DNA of 23,525 nucleotides from a virus (Duplodnaviria; Heunggongvirae; Uroviricota; Caudoviricetes): IMG/VR virus record IMGVR_UViG_2526164619_000010, positions 1 to 23,525 of that record; one strand, written 5' to 3'. Below the pieces are notes generated by a model. The model was given only the letters and a program-made list of their open reading frames with translations, was not told where the DNA came from and ran no database searches. Below are positions 16,766 to 23,525 of this stretch, piece by piece. How positions within the stretch are numbered: position 1 is the first letter of the stretch; every line of letters begins with the position of its first letter. The translations under genes and the position numbers were made by a program.

Positions 16766-17158
16766 TCACTGAGTTAGCAGTGTATTTTGCGTGTTTTCAG
16801 GGCGCAGTTCAGGTTCATTCTGCCAGACCCATTTCGTCAGGTCATGTCCCTTAACCTGCTGCCAGTCAACACCGGCAATCAGCCAGTTAAACTCGTCGGG
16901 AGTGAGGTGCCAGGCAGCGTCATTTGCACGTGGCCAGCGGAAGCTGCCTTTGTGCAGACGGCGGGTACACAACCACACCCCGTGTTTATCCCACCGGAGA
17001 ACTTTGATACGCGAACGGGCTTTGTTAACAAAGACGAAGGCGGCTCCCTCATGCCATGTCGACCGGAGTTCATCCTGTATATACTGCATCAGTGAGTCGA
17101 TGCCCCGGCGCATGTCAACAGGTTTAATTGCGATGAAGACATTATCAGGACTGAGCAT
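16766..17158 (-). CDS. IS66-family TnpB (orf2)
   Basis: About 130 aa from ATG 17158 (MLSPDNVFIAIKPVDMRRGIDSLMQYIQDEL...VLRWDKHGVWLCTRRLHKGSFRWPR...), typical IS66 Orf2; start overlaps tnpA stop. Confidence 0.8.
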   Translation of the reverse strand: MLSPDNVFIAIKPVDMRRGIDSLMQYIQDELRSTWHEGAAFVFVNKARSRIKVLRWDKHGVWLCTRRLHKGSFRWPRANDAAWHLTPDEFNWLIAGVDWQQVKGHDLTKWVWQNEPELRPENTQNTLLTQ

Positions 17159-17474
17159 ATTTGAGTGCCCTGAAGACATCGGTAAGTTGTGACGGCTGAC
17201 AGCACATCCGTACTCCACCGGGAAGGAAGAGCGTGACTGGCTCATTCGTGACGGGCTGTGGTACATCAGCATGCAGTGGTGGCGCAATATGAACGGGAAG
17301 AACGGTCGGTTCATTTGCCCGGCGTTCAGCTTTTGCGACATCCTGCGGCCATTCGCGAAGTGATGTGAAGGGAATATCGTTGAGTTCATAGTATTGCTGA
17401 CGTGTAAGACCACTGGCGCGCCAGGCAGCAACGTGCTGCCTTTTCTGTTCAATGGTCCATCGGGGTTTTGACAT
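17145..17474 (-). CDS. IS66-family TnpA (orf1)
   Basis: 109-aa ORF MSKPRWTIEQKRQHVAAWRASGLTRQQYYELNDIPFTSLREWPQD... first gene of the IS66 operon. Confidence 0.8.
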   Translation of the reverse strand: MSKPRWTIEQKRQHVAAWRASGLTRQQYYELNDIPFTSLREWPQDVAKAERRANEPTVLPVHIAPPLHADVPQPVTNEPVTLFLPGGVRMCCQPSQLTDVFRALKYAQS

Positions 17475-17617
17475 CGATTATCTCCGGTAAGTTGGTGAAT
17501 GGATGTCGGTAATACTAACTGACCGAAGATCCCTGTGAAGATGACTTCCCCGTAACGACACTCAAAATTTCGGCAAATTCACAGTCATTCCAGTCGGAGA
17601 TCCAGCGGGCGTCCCGT

Positions 17618-20600
17618 ATGGGCAGTGAATATTACCGGACCCTGCAGAATGGCGGACGTCATGCCGCTGCTGCCGCACGGGAACAGCGCCGCGCCCTTGC
17701 AGAACTGAACAGTCAGTTGACGGAAATTCGCGGTTCTGCTGTCGGAATGGCTGGCGCATTTGCCGGTGCCTTTGCCACCGGACACCTGATTTCGCTGGCC
17801 GATGAGTGGGGTTCCGTGAATGCCCGTCTGAAACAGGCATCTCAGTCATCGGATGAATTCTCGTCATCACAGAAAGTGCTGATGGATATCAGTCAGCGAA
17901 CAGGTACCGCGTTTTCGGATAATGCGGCCCTGTTTGCCCGTTCGGCTGCCTCGATGCGTGAATATGGTTACAGTGCTGATGATGTGCTGAAGGTGACGGA
18001 GGCCATTTCGACAGGACTGAAACTGTCAGGGGCTGGAGTTGCGGAATCCGGTTCGGTGATCACCCAGTTCAGCCAGGCACTGGCACAGGGTATACTGCGT
18101 GGCGAAGAATTTAATGCTGTTAACGAAAATGGCGACCGGGTGATCCGCGCGCTTGCTGCGGGGATGGGTGTGGCCCGTAAAGATCTGAAGGCAATGGCGG
18201 ATGACGGAAAACTGACAGCGGATAAAGTGGTCCCTGCGTTAATCAGCCAGCTGGGGATATTACGTGATGAATATGCGGCCATGCCGGAAACGGTTTCCGG
18301 TAGTAACACGAAGGTGGAAAACGCCTTTATGGCCTGGGTGGGCGGAGTGAATGAGGCCTGCGGGGTGACAAAAACGCTCTCCGGTGTGCTGAACGGTGTT
18401 GCCGGACAGATTGATAATGTGGCAACAGCTGTGGGGGCGCTGGTTGCCGTCGGGGTTGCCCGGTACTTTGGCAATATGGCCTCCGGAGCGATGTCTGCCA
18501 CGGCAGGACTTGTGACGGCTGCACGTAATGAAGTTGCACTGGCGGAAGCACAGTTCAGGGGAACGCAGATTGCCACGGCGCGGGCAAGGGCAGCCGTGTA
18601 CCGTGCTCAGCAGGCCGTGGCGGCAGCCCGCGGGACGGAGATGCAGATTGCTGCAGAGGCCCGTCTGGCGGCCACACAGGAACGCCTGAACAGAAATATT
18701 GCTGCCAGAAGCGCCGCCCAGAATGCGCTGAACAGTACAACGGCGGTGGGCTCACGTCTGATGAGCGGTGCGCTGGGGCTGGTTGGTGGCGTACCCGGAC
18801 TGGTGATGCTGGGGGCTGCAGCATGGTACACGCTGTACCAGAATCAGGAGCAGGCCAGGGAGTCTGCGCGCCAGTATGCACTGACGATAGATGAAATCGC
18901 GCATAAAACGCCGTCAATGTCTTTGCCTGAAGCCTCAGATAATGAAGGACGAACACGGGCGGCGCTGACAGAGCAGAACCGGCTGATTGATGAACAGGCT
19001 AGTCGGGTGAAATCCCTGCAGGAAAAAATCGCAGGATATCAGTATGTTCTGGCGAACCCGGGCTGGACGACCGGTGACGGATTCATGATAAACCATCTGA
19101 CCTCGGTGAAGACCGTAACGGAAGGGCTTGCTCAGGCAACAGAGCAGCTTGCCGTTGAGCAGTCCCGTCTGGCACTGATGCAGGAAAAAGCGCAGTCCAT
19201 TCAGGATGTGCTTGCCGGGCTGGAAGACCGTCGTGTGGCGTTAATTCGTCAGCAGGCGGCAGAGCAGAATAAGGTGTACCAGTCCATGCTGGTTATGAAC
19301 GGTCAGCATACGGAATTCAACCGTCTGCTGGGGCTGGGTAATGAACTGCTTCAGCAGCGGCAGGGACTGGTGAATGTGCCGTTACGGCTGCCACAGGCCA
19401 CTCTGGATGATAAACAGCAGAGTGCCCTGACAAAAACAGAGCGTGAGCTGGCCCTGTCCAGACTGAAAGGGGAAGAAAAAGAGCGTGTCCGACTGGGGTA
19501 TGCGGCGGATGACCTCGGTTTTGTGGGTGATCCGTATCAGGAGGCGAGACAACGTTATATCAGTAATGCCCTGGAAGCCTGGCGCAATAACGAGGCGAAT
19601 AAACCCAAATCCCGGGGTGGAAAATCAGAGACGGAAAAAGCGGAAGACAGTTTTTCCCGGCTGCTGAAGCAGCAGAAAGAGCAACTGGCACTGGCGGGGC
19701 AGAATACAGAGCTGGCGAAGCTGAAATACCAGACTGCGCAGGGCGAACTGAAAACCCTGACGGAGATGCAGAAGCAGGAACTGCTGCGCAATGCGGCCCT
19801 GATTGACCAGCAAAAAATCCGGGAGCAGTTGCGGTCCCGGGAAGAGACCCTGAAGAATGATAATGTGGCTGCGCGTGCATCAAATGAAGCGGAACTGCTG
19901 GGGTACGGGCAGGGAGAGCGGCTCCGTGAACGCATGCGGGAGTTGCAGCAGATCCGCGACAGTTTCCGCCAGAAGGATGCGGACCTTCAGTCTCAGTATC
20001 AGACCGGGGATATCAGTGAGGATTTTTACAGACAGGCTCTGGCATAGAACGCGCAGTATCTGAGTGAACGTCTGAAAGAGCAGGAAGCCTTTTATGCCGA
20101 ATCGGATGTGCAGCGTGCGGACTGGCAGAAAGGGCTGCAGGAGGGATTCAGTAACTGGGTGGATAATGCGTCCGATTACGCCTCACAGGCAGCACAGCTT
20201 GCGACGGAGGGTATCTCAGGGATGGTGAATAACATCACGGAGATGCTGAACGGAAATAAAGTGGAATGGCGCAGCTGGGCCTCATCAGTGCTGCAGGAAA
20301 TATCAAAAGTTCTTATGAATGCCGCGATTGTCAACGGGATCAAGACGGCGGCAAACAGTATGTCCGGAGCGGGAGGATTTATCGGCAGTATTGGTAGCTG
20401 GCTGGGCGGTGCGGTGGCCAATGCAAAAGGCGGTGTGTATACCTCGGCAAACCTGAGTGCGTACAGCAACAGTATTGTGGATACGCCCACGTACTTTGCC
20501 TTTGCAAAAGGGGCGGGACTGATGGGGGAGGCCGGTCCTGAAGCCATTATGCCCCTGACCCGGGCGGCGGATGGCTCGCTGGGTGTGCGAGCGGTGGGCA

Positions 20601-20779
20601 GTATGAACGGCAGTGCAGGTCTGGTGTATTCCCCGGTCTACCATATCGCCATTCAGAATGACGGGACTAATGGCCAGATAGGGCCGGAAGCTGCGGGCAG
20701 CCTTGTGCAACTGATTGACCAGCGGGTGCAGGCGGTGATGCTGTCCATGCGACGTGACGGAGGAATGCTGAGTGGCTGA
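17618..20779 (+). pseudogene. tail tape measure protein (lambda gpH-like C-terminus) interrupted by an in-frame TAG at 20045-20047
   Basis: 809-codon ORF 17618-20047 and 223-codon ORF 20108-20779 are in the same frame, separated only by the amber codon (...RQALA*NAQYLSERLKEQ...). C-terminal part ...VYHIAIQNDGTNGQIGPEAAGSLVQLIDQRVQAVMLSMRRDGGMLSG matches the lambda H C-terminus. Confidence 0.8.
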
Positions 20780-21113
20780 GATAAAAACGCTGCATCTGGT
20801 CCCGCGTGAAGGGATGCAGGTGAGTGAGAAACCGTCGGTGGCGAGGGTACGGTTTGGTGACGGTTATGAACAGCGCCGCCCGACGGGACTTAATGCCCGA
20901 CTGAAGACGTTTCAGGCGGTGTTCCGGGTGACGGATGAGGCGACCCGGCGATGGCTGGAAGAGTTTTTATCGTGGCATGGTGGTTACCGTGCCTTTTTGT
21001 GGCGACCGCCGAAACATAACCGGACGGTGAGGGTGGTATGCCGGGAGTGGAGCGTCACAGATAACGCCAGGTACAGTGATTTCAGTTGTACGATTGAGCA
21101 GGTGGTGAACTGA
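20772..21113 (+). CDS. M: minor tail protein M
   Basis: 113-aa ORF, GTG start overlapping the tape-measure stop; ...VARVRFGDGYEQRRPTGLNARLKTFQAVF...HGGYRAFLWRPP...FSCTIEQVVN parallels lambda gpM. Confidence 0.85.
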   Translation: MAEIKTLHLVPREGMQVSEKPSVARVRFGDGYEQRRPTGLNARLKTFQAVFRVTDEATRRWLEEFLSWHGGYRAFLWRPPKHNRTVRVVCREWSVTDNARYSDFSCTIEQVVN

Positions 21114-21811
21114 TGCAGGATATTCGCGAAGAAAGGCTGAACGAGTCGGTTAAGTCAGAGCAGTCACCGCGGGTGGTACTCTGGGAAATCGACCTGACGG
21201 TACAGGGTGGTGAGCGGTATTTTTTCTGTAATGAGCTGAATGAAAAAGGGGAGCCGGTCACCTGGCAGGGGCGTAAGTATGAGGCATACCCGATTGACGG
21301 CAGCGGCTTTGAGATGAACGGCCGGGGCAGCAGTGCCAGACCGTCGCTGACGGTGTCCAATCTGTTCGGTCTGGTCACCGGGATGGCGGAAGACCTGCAG
21401 AGTCTGGTGGGGGCCACGGTGGTCCGCCGCCGGGTGTATGCCCGTTTTCTGGATGCGGTGAATTTCGTTGCGGGCAATCCGGAGGCGGACCCGGAGCAGG
21501 AGCTGAGTGACCGCTGGGTGGTGGAGCAGATGTCGCAGCTGACAGCCATGACGGCCTCGTTTGTGCTGGCTACACCGACCGAGACGGACGGGGCGCTGTT
21601 TCCCGGTCGTATCATGCTGGCGAACACCTGTATGTGGACCTACCGCTCTGATGAGTGTGGTTACACGGGCGGGGCTGTGGCGGATGAGTTCGATAAACCC
21701 ACCACGGATATCCGTAAGGACAGATGCAGCAAGTGCATGCGCGGGTGTGAACTGCGCAGGAATGTCGGCAATTTTGGCGGTTTCCTTTCCATTAATAAAC
21801 TTTCGCAGTAA
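21113..21811 (+). CDS. L: minor tail protein L
   Basis: 232-aa ORF MQDIREERLNESVKSEQSPRVVLWEIDLTVQGGERYFFCNELNEKGEPVTWQGRKYEAYPIDGSGFE...NVGNFGGFLSINKLSQ, near-collinear with lambda gpL including the cysteine cluster; TGATG overlap with M. Confidence 0.9.
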   Translation: MQDIREERLNESVKSEQSPRVVLWEIDLTVQGGERYFFCNELNEKGEPVTWQGRKYEAYPIDGSGFEMNGRGSSARPSLTVSNLFGLVTGMAEDLQSLVGATVVRRRVYARFLDAVNFVAGNPEADPEQELSDRWVVEQMSQLTAMTASFVLATPTETDGALFPGRIMLANTCMWTYRSDECGYTGGAVADEFDKPTTDIRKDRCSKCMRGCELRRNVGNFGGFLSINKLSQ

Positions 21812-21821
21812 ATCCCGGTTT

Positions 21822-22565
21822 ATGACACAGACTGAATCAGCGATTCTGGCGCATGCCCGGCGGTGTGCGCCTGCGGAGTCGTGCGGCTTCGTGATAAGCA
21901 CGCCGGAGGGGGAGCGGTATATCCCTTGTGTGAATATTTCTGCAGAGCCGGAGGCGTATTTTCGTATCGCACCGGAAGACTGGCTGCGGGCAGAGATGCA
22001 GGGGGAGATTGTGGCACTGGTCCACAGTCATCCCGGTGAGCTGCCCTGGCTGAGCGAGGCTGACCGGCGGCTGCAGATAAAAAGCGCACTGCCCTGGTGG
22101 CTGGTCTGCCGGGGGGAAATTCATAAATTCCGCTGTGTGCCACATCTGACAGGACGGCGCTTTGAGCACGGGGTGACGGACTGTTACACGCTGTTCCGGG
22201 ATGCATACCATCTGGCGGGAATTGATATGCCGGATTTTCATCGCGAGGATGACTGGTGGCGCAACGGCCAGAACCTGTACCTGGACAATATGGCGGTCAC
22301 CGGCTTTTACCGGGTGCCCCTGTCCTCTGCACAGCCGGGCGATATCCTGCTGTGCTGCTTCGGCGCATCGGTGGCTAATCATGCCGCCATTTACTGTGGC
22401 AACGGTGAACTGCTTCACCATATTCCTGAACAACTGAGTAAACGGGAGAGGTATTCCGAAAAATGGCAACGACGAACGCATTCTGTCTGGCGTCACCGCC
22501 ACTGGCACACATCTGCCTTCACGGGGATTTACAACGATTTGGCCGCCGCCTCAGCCTGTATGTGA
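21822..22565 (+). CDS. K: tail assembly protein K (JAB/MPN-like HSHP motif plus NlpC/P60-like C-terminal part)
   Basis: 247-aa ORF from ATG 21822 (track ORF starts further upstream at 21561): MTQTESAILAHARRCAPAESCGFV...EIVALVHSHPGELPWLSEADRR...GVTDCYTLFRDAYHLAGIDMPDFHR..., as in lambda gpK. Confidence 0.9.
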   Translation: MTQTESAILAHARRCAPAESCGFVISTPEGERYIPCVNISAEPEAYFRIAPEDWLRAEMQGEIVALVHSHPGELPWLSEADRRLQIKSALPWWLVCRGEIHKFRCVPHLTGRRFEHGVTDCYTLFRDAYHLAGIDMPDFHREDDWWRNGQNLYLDNMAVTGFYRVPLSSAQPGDILLCCFGASVANHAAIYCGNGELLHHIPEQLSKRERYSEKWQRRTHSVWRHRHWHTSAFTGIYNDLAAASACM

Positions 22566-23139
22566 ACACGGCAGCGGAAGCCATTCGCGCCCTGTCGATG
22601 CAGATGCCGGGCTTTCGCCTTCAGATGAACGAAGGCTGGTACCAGATACGTATTGCCGGTGAAAACACGGCACCGGAGGTGGTGTACGCCCGCCTTCACG
22701 AACAGCTGGGTGAGGGAACGGTCATCCACATTGTGCCGCGACTGGCCGGGGCCGGAAAGGGTGGACTGCAGATTGTGTTGGGGGCGGCAGCCATCGTGGG
22801 CTCTTTCTTCACTGCCGGGGCATCAATGGCGTTATGGGGTTCAGCCCTGGCAGCCGGTGGTTTTTCTGCCACCACGATGCTGTTTTCACCTGGAGCCAGC
22901 ATCTGGGCGGTGTGGCCCAGATGCTGGCCCCGAAGGCAAAAACACCGGATTACCGCGCAACGGATAACGGCAGACAGAACACGTACTTTTCCTCGCTGGA
23001 TAACATGATTGCCCAGGGGAACCCGATGCCGGTGCCTTACGGGGAAATGCTGGTTGGCTCCCGTCGTATATCCCAGGACATCAGCACCCGTGATGAAGGC
23101 GGGGGCGGAAAGGTCGTGGTTATCGGGCGACAGGGATAA
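22463..23139 (+). pseudogene. I: tail assembly protein I, frameshifted by a 1-bp deletion near 22890-22900 (start codon uncertain)
   Basis: N-terminal part (22463-23008 frame, ...LHGDLQRFGRRLSLYVNTAAEAIRALSMQMPGF...IHIVPRLAGAGKGG...) and C-terminal part (22834-23139 frame, ...GGVAQMLAPKAKTPDYRATDNGRQNTYFSSLDNMIAQGNPMPVPYGEMLVGSRRISQ...) both resemble lambda gpI but sit in different frames. Confidence 0.75.
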
Positions 23140-23310
23140 AACATAAAAAAATCCCGCAGTGATCGCGGAGCTGCGGGGACAGACAAAGATTAGAGTTAAG
23201 GAGTTGTTTTTGTTACCCGGGCAAAAAAACACTAACGCAGAGAAATTATAAGCGCCACAGTCAGTGTGTGAAAATGTGAAGATATTCAGAAATTTTATTC
23301 CGTCATGACG

Positions 23311-23342
23311 CAGGCACCCGGTGAGGTGCCTGTTGTTTTTGT
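23311..23342 (+). terminator. intrinsic-terminator-like hairpin plus T-rich tract just upstream of J
   Basis: CAGGCACC-CGGTGA-GGTGCCTG stem-loop (23311-23332) followed by TTGTTTTTGTG. Confidence 0.35.
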
Positions 23343-23375
23343 GAGTGAACAATTATCACGGTAAGAGGTGATGTA

Positions 23376-23525
23376 ATGGGCAAAGGTGGCGGCAGGGCGC
23401 ACACACCGCGTGAGGCGAAAGACAATCTCAAATCCACGCAGATGATGAGCGTGATTGATGCGATTGGTGAGGGACCGATAGAAGGCCCGGTGAAAGGCCT
23501 GCAGAGTATTCTGGTGAACAAAACC
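23376..23525 (+). CDS. J: host specificity / central tail fibre protein J, N-terminal 50 codons (continues beyond window)
   Basis: MGKGGGRAHTPREAKDNLKSTQMMSVIDAIGEGPIEGPVKGLQSILVNKT is nearly identical in pattern to the lambda gpJ N-terminus; RBS AAGAGGTGA upstream. Confidence 0.88.
   Translation, partial: MGKGGGRAHTPREAKDNLKSTQMMSVIDAIGEGPIEGPVKGLQSILVNKT

Larger units (their letters stand above)
15010..17600 (-). mobile_element. IS66-family insertion sequence (tnpA-tnpB-tnpC); element ends approximate, inverted repeats not confidently identified
   Basis: Three co-oriented minus-strand genes with the canonical IS66 arrangement, inserted between the tail chaperone and tape-measure genes. 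Only a 9-bp inverted match (GGAATGACT at 15017-15025 / 17584-17592) was found near the expected ends. Confidence 0.65.

Noticed and set aside
17968-19935. Several minus-strand ORFs inside the tape measure gene (e.g. 17968-18576, 18555-18956, 19555-19935)
   Set aside because: Antisense to a long, well-supported tape-measure reading frame; Ala/Ser/Pro-rich low-complexity translations.
21164-23352. Minus-strand ORFs 21164-21901, 21837-22508 and 22696-23352 opposite L, K and I
   Set aside because: Antisense to near-lambda-identical tail genes; no RBS, biased composition.
1-23525. Search for a defence system, toxin-antitoxin pair, CRISPR array, tRNA/tmRNA or integrase
   Set aside because: None found: every ORF over ~60 codons with coding-like character is accounted for by phage morphogenesis genes, the esterase cargo gene or IS transposases, and no tRNA-like or repeat-spacer structure was seen. 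This conclusion is limited by the lack of database searches.

Overview
This window is the late (virion morphogenesis) region of a lambdoid prophage with an HK97-type head module and lambda-type tail module, in an Escherichia/Shigella-like genome. It is heavily decayed and I found no novel or undescribed system (no defence island, CRISPR array, toxin cassette or RNA gene). Everything here was read by eye from the sequence and ORF track; no database search or alignment was run, so family assignments rest on recognised motifs and named homologues, and exact IS ends and start codons are approximate. Gene order left to right: a small membrane-protein gene on the minus strand; IS1 (no target-site duplication); an intact NanS-p-like sialate O-acetylesterase; an IS600-like IS3-family element inserted at the 5' end of an HNH endonuclease gene; a cos-like repeat region; terminase small subunit; terminase large subunit (broken); fused prohead protease-major capsid protein; portal (broken); a tandem-repeat protein of unknown function; connector, head-closure, gp10-like and tail-terminator genes; major tail protein; tail chaperone; an IS66-family element (tnpC frameshifted); tape measure (in-frame amber); minor tail M, L, K; I (frameshifted); and the start of J. 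Three essential genes carry in-frame stop codons and four genes carry single-base deletions, so this looks like a cryptic prophage retaining an intact esterase cargo gene. The most interesting items are the uncharacterised repeat protein in the head operon, the structured palindrome array between HNH and terminase, and the lesion pattern itself.
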